A DNA stretch of 64,000 nucleotides from Anaeramoeba ignava BMAN (Eukaryota > Protista > Anaeramoebae): assembly GCA_028826165.1 (NCBI GenBank), contig JAPDFW010000059.1:1612001-1676000 (forward strand), read 5' to 3'. Positions within the stretch are counted from its first letter, which is position 1. Each line of letters opens with the position of its first letter. The position numbers and the translations under genes are program-made. The notes beneath the pieces were generated by a model, which was not told where the DNA came from, made no database searches, and was given only the letters and a program-made list of their open reading frames with translations. Shown in pieces: positions 53,009 to 64,000 of the stretch.

Positions 53009-53439
53009 TTATTATCATCTCTCTTATTTTCTAATAATTCAATCTCTCATTTCCAAAATTTTATCTTTTCTGATTCAAAATGCTCTTATTACTTCATCTC
53101 TGGCATTTGGAATCAATTTAATCTTTCTTTTCAATCATTCACTTTTTCAACAAAAAAATAATCAATGATCTAAAAAAAATTTTTTTATCAAATTTCAACT
53201 CTTTGCAAATTTTTCAAAAATCAAAAATCAAAAATCAAAAATCAAAAAAAAAAAAAACTCAAAAGAGTTCATTTTTTTCAAAAATTCAAAAAAAAATTTA
53301 TCAAGTTGTTTTTCATTGTCAAAAAAAAAAAACCAAAAACCAAAATTCAAAATTCAAAATTCAAAATCAAAATGAGAAAAAATGAGAGAGATTGAGAATT
53401 ACAAATCAAAAATCACAAAATCAAAAATCAAATTTCATA

Positions 53440-54460
53440 ATTCAATTTCAATTTCAATACAATTTCAATTTCCAATCCCAATTTCAATTTCAATTTCAAA
53501 TTCAAATTCAATTTCAATTTCAATTTTAAAATCAATTTCAAATTCAGTTTCAAATTCAAAATCAAATTCAATTTCAATTTCAAATTCAATTTCAAATTCA
53601 ATACAATTTCAATTTCAATTTCAGTTTCAATTTCAATTTCAATTTCAATTTCAATTTCAATTTCAAAACCAAATTCAATTTCAATTTCAATTCCAAATTC
53701 AAATTCAATTTCAAATTCAAATTCAATTTCAATTCCAAATTCAAATTCAGTTTCAATTTCAAATTTAAAATCAATTTCAAATTCAGTATCAAATTCAAAT
53801 TCAAATTCAAAATCAAATTCAATTTCAATTTCAATTTCAATTTCAAATTCAAAATCAAATTCAGTTTCAATTTCAATTCCAAATTCAAATTCAAATTCAA
53901 TTTCGAATTCAATTTCAATTTCAAATTCAAATTCAATTCAAGTTTCAATTTCAAATTCAATTTCAATTTCAATTCAAAATCAAAATCAATTTCCAAATTC
54001 AAATTCAATTTTAATTTTCATTTCAGTTTCAAATTCAATTTCAAATTCAATTTCAATTTCAAATTCAAATTCAAATTCCAAATTTCAAATTCAATTTCAA
54101 TTTCAAATTCAATTTCAATTTCAAATTCAATTTCAAATTCAATTTCAAATTCAATTTCAGTTTCAAATTCAATTTCAATTTCAATTTCAATTTCAAATTC
54201 AAATTTAATTCAAATTCAATTTCAAATTCAAATTTAAATTCAAATTCAATTTCAATTTCAATTTCAAATTTCAGTTTCAAATTCAGTTTCAGTTTCAAAT
54301 TTAAAATTTAATTTCAATTCAAGTTTCAATTCAATTTCAAATTCAATTTAATTCAAAATCAAAAATCAAATTCAAAATCAAATTCAAATTCAATTTCCAA
54401 ATTCAATTTCAAATTCAAATTTAAATTCAAATTCAAATCCAAAATTAAATTCAATTTTAA
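53440..54460. repeat. Intergenic (TTTCAA/TTCAAA)n hexamer array
   Basis: Direct reading; lies between convergent 3' ends. Confidence 0.88.
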
Positions 54461-54693
54461 TTTTAAATTTGAATTAAAAATTATTATAAATTCCTTTTGT
54501 AAATTTAATAGAATTTTCTTCCATTTTAAATAAAAATTGAATTTAAATTTATTTTCTTTTTTTTTTTTCTGTTATTTTATTGATTATTATCATTTTTGAA
54601 ATTATTTTTGAAAAGAAAAAAAAAATTTTAAAGAAAAAAAAAGAATGAATTGTGATAAATTTGAATTTATTTTCTTTTTTCCTTTTTGTTTCA

Positions 54694-57600
54694 TCATTTC
54701 ATTGAAGAATAAATTTCAAGAAAATTTTTTAATTCGTTTTGAGAAGAAAATTGAATTGGAAAGTTAAGAGATTGATGAATAACAGATAATTGAAGATCAT
54801 TTTCAGAAAGAGATTTGAATTGAAAATCTGGAAATTTGCCAGAAATTTCATTTTTTTCAGTTTTAATATTTAAAGTATCATCACCAAGAAAAGAAACTAT
54901 TCCTGGCAAATTGGATTGCAAAGATTCATCAAATACTTCGATATCAAACGAAGTTTTGTCGGTAAAAGAGTTTTTGGATTCAAATCCTTTTTTCAAACGA
55001 AGATCAAGAGAAAATCGATTTGAGTCGTTTTCATTTTGAAAAGAAATGATCGCAATTGAATTTTGATATTCAATTTTGATCGTATTTTGGTTGGATTGAT
55101 TTCGATGGAATTTGGTTTGACTCAAAACACTTTCGAAAAGGGTTTTTTGGGAATTATTTAATTGAAGCACTTGATTTGCAATTGAAAGAGTTACATTTTC
55201 GATAATTTCAAAGTTTTCGTTGAGTAAGGCAACTTTATATTTGAGAGGATGGGAATTCTGAGAAAAAAGAATGGTCTTCATTTGCTGAACAAGAGAAAGG
55301 AAGCGGTTGTTTTGAGATTCTGTTGGGAATTTGAAGATGAAAAGAACATCTTTTTTCATGTTGAGTATTTTTGTGAATGCGGGTTGTGTTTTCACCTGTT
55401 GGAAAACAAAATCGCGGGAATCGATCGGGAGATCTTCTGAATATGTACGGAAATCAATGTGCAGGTTCCGGTTATTGAAGGAAAGTTGCGCTTTTGAGTT
55501 GGGTTTTGTGGAATTTTCTGAGAAAACCTCGACATTCCAAAATTTTTGGTCATTTGATTTTTGAAGTTCTTCTATTTCGGACATTTTTTCGAGCGACTCG
55601 TTGGAGTTTTGTGAAGGGGATTTTTCAACCTCCTTCTGCTCAATGTTCTCCTTAGTTTTAAGAATATAATATTGCTGGCGCTCGTTGTCTTCCTGGGCGA
55701 TTTTCATTGTATTTGAGATGATCGTGAAGAGTGAAAGAAATTTGTCGCGGAATATACGCTGTTCGAAAGAGCATATGTAGGTTTGTTTGAGAGAGGGGAA
55801 ATCCAAGCGGCATGCAAGAACAGACTTTGTATTGATGAGCAAGACACAATCGGTGAGGCTCATGCGCTGTGTGCGGATTGCGGGGGAATCGAGGATGATT
55901 GAGGTGTCTTCGAATTTGATTGTTCCGCGTGATTTTGGCATTTTTTTGAAGGGAAGAAAATCAACATTGTAGTTATGAGGAAGTGATGAGAGGAGTTTTT
56001 GTGTTTCCTCTTTGCGCGAGACTTGAGGCAAGTGATCGCGGAATTTTTTGTAGGAGGAAGCAAACTCGGTGCGTTTTTGTGGGGATTGGAATTCGACCAT
56101 GAGTTCATCGCCTGTAGGAAATTGGATCTTAATAACGGAATCCATGTTGATGTGAGCGAAGACATTGCAGGAGAGATTGTAAACAAAACGTGCTCGCTGA
56201 GTGATGATAGTAAAGCAATAAGGAGCGAGAACGAGCGAGATGGGAATTTTTGTTTTCTGATCTAAATCGAAGAGATTTGCGTCGAAAAACAGAGAAGAAA
56301 CACCAACAGAAACGCCAAGCGCTTCATTTCGAGCAGAGGCGAATGCGGCGAGGAAGGATTGGAGAGTCTCTGTATTTGCGAAATGTAGCGCGAGTGAATA
56401 TTTGTTGTTAAGATGAAGAATGGCTGTGTCTGATTTTCCAAGAGGTTGAGCATAAGTTTCAACGGAATATTCAGCAACAAAATCGTTTGTGTGACTTTTC
56501 AAACGGAAAGAATCGAAATCAACAGAAATATCACACACAAAGTTTCCTGCTGAGGACATGACTGTTGAGCGGAACAATTTCGGTTTGGAAATCATGCCGT
56601 TGATATTTGCTTTGCGCTTGAACATGAAATCATTGTAGAAAATTTGGCGAGCACTTTCATCAGGGAAGCTGATCGAGAGGAATTGAAACTCATCGAAATT
56701 AAATCTTGCCAATAAAAGATCATCTGGATCGCTGTGGATCCCAGTGTATGGACTGTATCTGCGCGAGATCTGCTCTGTTGCAGTTGTGATGATGAAGTGG
56801 TCTGTTTTGAGTGCGATGTGAGCAATCCCAGAATATTCGCCGAAGGAGTTGAGCACGCAGAATTTGTATTGCGTATCGGAAATCTTCTCCATAAACGGGC
56901 TTGCGTTCTTTGCGCCGAAGACTGATGCTGTTGGTCTGGGACGGAGGGAGAGATTGTCGAAAAGATCGTATTCAAAAGCACTTTGTTTTTTCTGGTGAAT
57001 TTTCAATAGAGTTTGGTGGATATTTTTATTGTCCAAATTTCCGTTTGTGATGAGAGAGTCTGCGTCCATTTTCTTGCATGGATCTTCATCCAGAACGAAT
57101 GCGCGATTGAGCCTGATGAAGGCGTTTGCCATGAGTATTCTATCCTGGGGAGAGTTTGCTGCGCACATAACGCTTCGTGTTGAGTCTAATTGAAGTGTGA
57201 ACATTGTCGGATTTGTTGGATGGAGGAAAATGGCTTGTTCGTCCGAATATCCTCCAACAATCTCTCTTCCGTCCTCTAGCGATATGTTTACAGAGTATTT
57301 GCCCAACCACATTTTTGCGTCTTTTGCGCCTTTTCCAATGATCTGGATATTGAACATTGCTTGCTGATTCTTGTTGATTTTCTCCAGTTTCTTCTTTGTT
57401 TCCTTCATTTCCTCGTTTTTCTCGAGATTCGAAAAAAGTATTTTATGTGAGAATGAGGTGTTCCTTGGTTGGAGAATGGGAGAAGCCCCGGAATAAAGAC
57501 TGAAGTCTGCAAAGAAGCTTTCCTGGAAGCGTTTGCGTTTGAGATTTTTGCGGAGCATTTCAAACTCGCCGTGGAGTAAAGTGCGGGTGATTCCAGCAGA

Positions 57601-60600
57601 AGGTTTTTGGGAATATGCCTCATCGTCATCGAGCTCATAGTCGATGGCAATAACATAAGGTGCACCTGTTTTGTCGATAAGGGATTGGTGTTGGGTCTCA
57701 GGTTGATGAAGCACAAGAGGGGAATCCTCAGGCTGGACATGTTTCAGCCACATTGAGGCGTTGTTAAAAGCGATGATACAGCGATGGACAAGGTCTCTGT
57801 GCAGCGGGGAATCGCATTGCAGAAGGATGCTGATTGGAGGCTGCTCCTGTTCATCGGAGTAGTCTGTGATCGTGAGTCGTATAAAGTTGTTTTCGGGATG
57901 CATTAATGCGACAACATTTGAAAATTGCCATGAAAAAATAACGGTCGCGTTTTTTTGTGATGTTATTGTTAAATTGTCCTTGTCAAGCACAAGCACTGCT
58001 GGCTCAATATTCGATGTGCGTGTCATCACCCCGACAGACAATGTTGCGCTATTCTTCACCCAGCAACGTAAAGCAAGTGCATCCACCTCTTGTTGCTCAG
58101 TTAAAATGGAGCCATTGATGGGAAATGCCTCCACAAAGTCGCCGTTGTACCATTGGAACATCGCAAATGTTTTCCAGATCACAAGACGCTCTGCTTCGTT
58201 CACGCATTTGAACACAAAGCTCCGCTGCTTCCCCAGACTCAGCTTGAAAACAGATGGGTCATTTGGACTCAAAAGGATCTTCATTTGATCCGCTGATTCG
58301 TAATCCCGAATAACCGCCATTCGGTCGTAGAATACAAGCGAGAACTTCCCTGACATTAGTTTCATCACACACGGCGTCCGGATCCCGTTCTCGTTCAGAA
58401 GCACAATGTGGAACACTGCCTCCATGCGCGCAAAATATCTCTGTATTATTGTTCTCACTGCCTGCATTGCAGACCGTTTACTCTCTTTTAATTCCCCAAT
58501 ATCTTCGTTTTCAATCTCGTTTTCAACCGCTATTGCTTGCTGCAAAATGCTGAATCCTTTATCCTCCTCTTCCCCAGAAACTTTCCATCCGCTATTCTCT
58601 GTTTCATCAATTGGGGTCAACAGCATTTTTGCAATCGGTCCAAATTCTTCATTCTCTTTAAAATCTTTTTTTTCTTTGTTCTCTTTTTTCTTTTCAATTA
58701 TTTCTTCTTGATTATTTTCGTTATTTGTATTTTCCCTAATTTCCTCTTTTTTGTTTTGGTTTATTCTTTGTTGGATCACTTTCGCTATTTCTTGTGGTGT
58801 TGCTGTTTCTTTTATTGGAGATTTCGGTCCTGGTGACCGCTCTCTTCTTTCTTTTGGTGAATATATTATGGGTGTTGTTCTTGTTTTATCGTATATTTTT
58901 TCAAGTTCAAGAATTATTGGGATTAGTGATTGATTGTCACTTTTTTTATTTAAGTATTTTTTTTCGATTCCAAGTGAACTGCATGCATCAAAAAACTTTT
59001 CATAATTTTGTTGGTTGCTAATTTTTATATAAATCAAAATATAAATATAAATCAAAATATAAATATAAATATAAATATTTAAAATATAAATCAAAATATA
59101 AATATTTAAAATATAAATATAAATATAAATATAAATATAAATATTTAAAATATAAATATTTAAAATATAAATATAAATATAAATATAAATATAAATATAA
59201 ATATTTAAAATATAAATATAAATATAAATATTTAAAATATAAATATAAATATAAAATATTTAAAAATATTTATAAATTTAAAATATAAATATAAATATAA
59301 ATATAAATATAAAATAAAAATAAATAATTTAAAATATAAAATATAAAAACAAAAACAAAAATCATAAAATATAAATAAAATATAAATATAAAAATAAAAA
59401 TAAATATTTAAAATATGAAATATAAATATATAAATATTTTAAAAATAAAACATAAAATTTAAAATATAAAAAATATAAATATAAAATAAAATAAATATTT
59501 AAAATATAAATATAAATATAAATATTTAAAATATAAATATAAATATAAAATAAATATAAATATAAATAAAAATTATAAAAATAAAAATAAATATAAAATA
59601 TAAAAATATAAAAAATATAAATATAAATATAAATATTTAAATATAAATATAAATATAAATATAAATATAAATATAAATATAAATATAAATATAAATATAA
59701 ATATAAATATAAAATATAAATATAAATATAAATATAAATATAAATATTTAAAATATAAATATAAATATAAAATAAATATAAAAATATAAATATTTTAATA
59801 AATATAAAATTTATAAAATTTAAAATATAAATATAAAATAAAATATAAAATAAAATAAAATACAAAAATATAAATATAAAATATAAATATAAATATAAAT
59901 AAATATAAATATAAATATAAATATAAATATAAATATAATTATAAATATAAATATAAATATAAATATAAATATATAAATATAAATACATAAAATATAAAAT
60001 CTAAAATATAAAATATAAATATAAATATAAATAAATATAAATATAAAATATAAATATAAATATAAATATAAATATAAATATAAATATAAATATAAATATA
60101 AATATAAATATAAATATAAATATAAATATAAATATAAATATAAATATAAATATAAATATTTAAAATATAAATATAAATATAAATCTAAATATAAATATAA
60201 ATATAAATATAAATATAAATCTAAATATAAATATTTAAAATATAAATATAAATATAAATATAAATATAAATATAAATATAAATATAAATATAAATATAAA
60301 TATAAATATTTAAAATATAATTATAAATATTTAATGGGATTTTTCTCCAATAAAAGTAACCAAAATAACATGAAAGATTTTCATTTAAAATTTTTAAAAA
60401 ATATAAAATTGTTAAGATTTGAATTTTAAAATTTGGGAATTGAAATTTGAAGAGAAAAAAAAAAATCTAAAAACAAAAAGTAAAGTACAAACCTTTCAAT
60501 TTGAGAAATTGTATTTGGTCGAATTATATTTATCAATTTACACAAATAAATTGATTTTTCATTTTCTGATTCATTTAAATCAATATTTTCTTCAAGTAAT

Positions 60601-60644
60601 TTATTTAAAAATTGTATAACTTGTTGTTTATCTTTTTGAGCCAT
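54694..60644 (-). CDS. Calponin-homology domain + ~10 PH-like repeats giant protein (~1490 aa)
   Basis: Exon 1 (60644-~60493; LCKLINIIRPNTI) splices in phase to ~59017 (NYEKFFDACSSLGI), forming a CH-domain pattern. Ten ~85-aa beta-rich units follow, each ending in an F.....R..F helix. Confidence 0.7.
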
Positions 60645-60654
60645 TAAATTAAAG

Positions 60655-60860
60655 AAAGGAAAAAATGAAAAAAAAAATGAAAAAAAAAAGTTTTGCTTAT
60701 TTTAACTTATTTTAATTTATTACTAATAATTTTAAAAAAATTACTAATAATTATTTAAAAAAAAAAAACAAAAACTATTTAAAGATTAAAAAAAAATAAA
60801 AAATTAATTAAAAAACTTTTTTTTTTCATTTTTCATTTTTCATTTTTCATTTTTTTTATT
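60655..60860. promoter_or_regulatory. Compact bidirectional promoter with oppositely oriented TTTCATTTTT (Inr-like) motifs
   Basis: AAAAATGAAAAA at 60661-60685 faces the minus-strand gene, and (TTTCATTT)x4 at ~60824-60855 faces RPA3. The same arrangement occurs at other divergent pairs. Confidence 0.55.
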
Positions 60861-60913
60861 TGAATAAAAATTTTAAATTTAAATTAAAATAATTAATTAA
60901 AAAACAAAAAAAA

Positions 60914-61407
60914 ATGCAATTTCTTACACAAAGAGTTAATCATTCAATGTTAAAAGATCAAGTTGGAAAATCTGTAAAAAAAAATAAATAAATTAAATAA
61001 AATAAATAAGATCCGTTAAAAATTTAAATTTAAAATTTAAAATTTAAAATTAATTTAATAAAGGTTCGTTTTGTTGGAAAAGTTACTCATTTACAAGGAA
61101 ATGAAGCAAAACTTTTATCACCAGATTCAGTTGAAGTTTCAATAATTAGAGAACCAAATTCTCTTAAATATTCTTCTGATTTTGTTGAAGTTGTTGGTAC
61201 TGTTAATTCAAATTTATCAATTAAAGAATCACAATTTGTAAATTTTGGAAATAATTTTGGTAAATAAATTAAATTATAAAATTAAATAAAATTAAATTAT
61301 TAAATTATAAAACTTTTTTTTTATATTTAGATTTACAAACTTATAATGAAATGCTTCAACTTTCAACTCAATTTCCAGAAATTTTTCAACCAGATAAACA
61401 AAATTGA
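60914..61407 (+). CDS. RPA3: Replication protein A 14-kDa subunit
   Basis: Spliced protein MQFLTQRVNHSMLKDQVGKS/VRFVGKV...FVEVVGTV...FGNNF/DLQTYNEML..FPEIF. Three exons; not in the ORF track. Confidence 0.88.
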
Positions 61408-61815
61408 AAAAAAAAACAAATCAAAAGACTTTTTTAAAAACAAAATATTTTTCATTCATTCATTTTGACTTTTATTTTCTTTCTTTTCTTTTATTCTTTT
61501 TTAAAACAAACCAAAAAAAAAATAATAAATAAATTGTTTTAATCAAAAAATCCAATTTTAAATTCAAATCTAAATTCCAATTTTAAATTCAATTTTAATT
61601 CAAAATCTAATTTTAAATTCAATTCAAATTCAATTCAAATTCCAATTTTAAATTCAATTTTAAATTCAATTTTAAATTCAATTCAAATTCCAATTTCAAA
61701 TCTAATTTTAATTTCAATTCAAATTCAATTCAAATTCCAAATTTAAAATTAAAATTAAAATTAAATTTTTCATTTTCATTTTTCTTTTTAATTTTAATTT
61801 TAAAAAAAAAACAAA

Positions 61816-62040
61816 ATGAACCAAAGTAAACAACCACAAAAAAAACAAGTTGTTGTTAAAAAGAAACCCCAACAAAGAAAAGATGTTAAATCAGTTGAAA
61901 ACTTTTATGCAGGTTGTTCAACAGAAGAAGAAAGAAAACAAAGAAGAGATTTTGCAGATGAACACTTTCTTCAAAGACCAGTTTCACCTCCTCCTTTTCT
62001 TTTTGAAAAAGAAGATGATCAAGAAGATAAAAAAAATTAA
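61816..62040 (+). CDS. Small hypothetical charged protein (74 aa)
   Basis: AAAAATG context, upstream TTTCATTTT motifs, and non-repetitive coding-like composition. Confidence 0.55.
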   Translation: MNQSKQPQKKQVVVKKKPQQRKDVKSVENFYAGCSTEEERKQRRDFADEHFLQRPVSPPPFLFEKEDDQEDKKN

Positions 62041-62270
62041 TCCCTAAAAAATTTTAATTCAAACTTATTTTTAATTCAAACTTAATTTTAATTCAAACTT
62101 AATTCAAACTTATTTCAAACTCAATTTTAATCCAAACTTAATTTCAATTCAAAATTTTATTTCCTTTTTATTTCCTTTTTTTTTATTTCTTTTTCTTTTC
62201 AAAAAATAAAAAAACAAAATTTTAATTTTTCATTTTTTCTTTCTTAATTTTTTCTTTTTTAAATTAAAAA

Positions 62271-64000
62271 ATGAATAATCAAAATGAAAATATTATTGGT
62301 CAACAAATTCAACAAAAAGATTCTTCTTATTCTCTTATGTATGCTATGATTCTTGGAATTAGAGTTTCTGTAACTCCAATTATTTAATGAATTAATTAAT
62401 GTTCTTTTTGTTTTTTTTTATCAAGTTTATTTGCGAATGTTTTTATTAAAATAATTTAAATTTTTTTAATTTCCCCTTCTTTTTATTTCTTTTAGCTTTC
62501 TTCATTTTATTCAGAAAATAATTATTTTCAAATACAAAATTTGAAAGAAGAAAATTTTTTAAAAATAGTTAAATTTTGGATGCCAAAGTAATCAAAATTA
62601 AAATTAAAATCAAAATTAAAATCAAATTCAAAATCAAAATCAAATTCAATATCAAAATCAAAATTAAAATCAAATTTAAATTTCAAATTCAAAAATCAAA
62701 ATCAAATCAAAATTCAAAGAAAATCAAAAATCAAAATCAAAATTCAAAATTTGAAAAAGAAAAATTTCAAAAAAAAATTAAATTAAAATCAAAATCAAAA
62801 TCAAAATCAAAATCAAAATTAAAATCAAAATCAAAATCAAAATCAAAATCAAAATCAAAATCAAAATCAAAATCAAAATCAAAATCAAAATCAAAATTCA
62901 AAATCAAATTTAAAATCAAAATCAAAATCAAAATCAAAATTAAAATTCAAAATCAAAATCAAAATCAAATTAAATTCAAAATCAAAATCAAAATCAAAAT
63001 CAAAATCAAAATCAAAATCAAAATCAAAATCAAAATCAAAATTAAAATCAAAATTCAAATTCAAAATCAAAATCAAATTCAAAATCAAATTCAAAATTCA
63101 AAATTAAAATCAAAATCAAAATCAAAATCAAAATCAAAATCTAAAATCAAAATCAAAATCAAAATCAAAAATCAAATTTAAAATTCAAAAATCAAAAATC
63201 AAAATCAAAAAATTAAAATTAAAATTAAAAATCAAAATCAAAATCAAAATCAAAAATCAAAATCAAAATCAAAATTAAAATTCAAATCAAAATTAAAATC
63301 AAAATTAAAATCAAAATCAAATTTAAAATCAAAATCAAAATCAAATTGAAAATCAAATTCAAAATCAAAATCAAAATCAAAATCAAAATCAAAATCAAAA
63401 TCAAAATCAAAAATCAAAATCAAAATTCAAAATCAAAATCAAAATCAAAATCAAAATCAAAATCAAAATCAAAATCAAATTCAAATTCAAAATCAAAATC
63501 AAAAATCAAAATGAAATCAAAAATCAAAATCAAAAATTAAATGAAAAATTAAATGAAAAATTAAATGAAAAATTTTTTAAAAAAAAAAAGTCAAGGAGGA
63601 GACAAAACACCTCCACACGATTGCTCAAATTTTAATTTTAATGATTATTCACCTGCAGTATTCTCAAATCTAAGATTATTCTCTGGATATCACCCAATCG
63701 ATTATTTAGTATATAAAAAACAAATTTTTTAATTGTTTTACTTTTTTGGAATTAATTTTATGATTATATTTTTAACTAGATGTCTTTAACAGAAAATTAT
63801 TCCATGAGTAGAATTGGAACTCCAGGAAAAAGTGGAAGTCTTTTTTATTTTTCTCGTGATGGAAAATTTATTTTGAAAACAATAACAACATCTGAAATGA
63901 AATTTTTAAGAGCAATTCTTAAATCATATTATGAATATATATCGAAAGAACCTGATACACTTTTAAATAAATTCTTGGGGATTCATCAAATCAAAATTTC
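62271..64000 (+). CDS. PIP5K: Phosphatidylinositol phosphate kinase (PIP5K family), 3' truncated
   Basis: Motifs LMYAMILGIRVS, TPPH..FNFNDYSPAVFSNLR, SLT, TPGKSGSLFYFSRDGKFILKT, E.KFL..IL..YY and TLL.KFLG.H. Exons ~62271-62369, 62496-62588, 63591-63708 and 63780 onward. Confidence 0.93.

Larger units (their letters stand above)
59030..63540. repeat. Intronic (AAATAT)n 59030-60330; intergenic AATTC-type tract 61550-61765; intronic (AAAATC)n 62590-63540
   Basis: Direct reading. Confidence 0.85.

Noticed and set aside
52713-53168. 151-aa acidic/His-rich ORF
   Set aside because: It is an alternative frame of the last Tra2-like exon; splice phase and RS content support the other frame.
54836-59021. 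Overlapping antisense or alternate-frame ORFs in GC-richer genes (also 31195-32077, 33341-34258, 46501-47026)
   Set aside because: These are expected by-products of stop-poor coding DNA and show no motifs.
5560-63540. Many low-complexity ORFs (IKIK, ILIL, FDFD, KYKY, FQFQ) in the ORF track
   Set aside because: They are translations of intronic or intergenic microsatellites. Only the NQ frame at 29786-30815 has flanking evidence for coding.
1-64000. Inteins/Hint domains, tRNA, rRNA or mobile-element genes
   Set aside because: No Hint block motifs, cloverleaf, rRNA-like or transposase/RT sequence was seen by eye.
8001-64000. Functional cluster of membrane-lipid/cortex genes (flippase, scramblase, PIP5K, ACSL, CARMIL-like, CH-PH)
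   Set aside because: They are interspersed with unrelated housekeeping genes on both strands and belong to commonly expanded families. There is no evidence beyond chance.

Overview
Gene-dense, extremely AT-rich eukaryotic (protist) nuclear DNA with the standard genetic code and GT-AG spliceosomal introns. Many long introns and intergenic gaps consist almost wholly of short tandem repeats. The gene content, the bacterial-type enzymes and the organelle-like presequence suggest an anaerobic metamonad such as Anaeramoeba; this is an inference and was not verified. About 21 protein genes can be reconstructed: tandem 3-hydroxybutyrate dehydrogenases, a P4-ATPase flippase, WDR92/DNAAF10, a CARMIL-like LRR protein, eIF4E, an MRH-domain protein, NAA30, CDC73, RPF1, a degenerate LeuC-LeuD fusion, long-chain acyl-CoA synthetase, Cdc25, anoctamin, a Tra2-like splicing factor, a CH + multi-PH-like giant protein, RPA3, PIP5K and several orphans. 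The most notable observations are: (1) a probable U2-type AT-AC intron in RPF1; (2) a catalytically dead, Fe-S-ligand-less aconitase-family fusion with an in-frame Q/N tract of about 340 residues; (3) a recent BDH duplication whose few differences cluster at the cofactor (NAD to NADP) and substrate sites; (4) a 5.7-kb array of about 39 nucleosome-sized (~145 bp) repeats, a candidate centromere; (5) a CH + ten PH-like-repeat protein; (6) a strand-specific TTTCATTTTT initiator-like motif upstream of most genes. Several single-base frameshifts look like consensus errors. All assignments come from reading motifs by eye; no searches were run.
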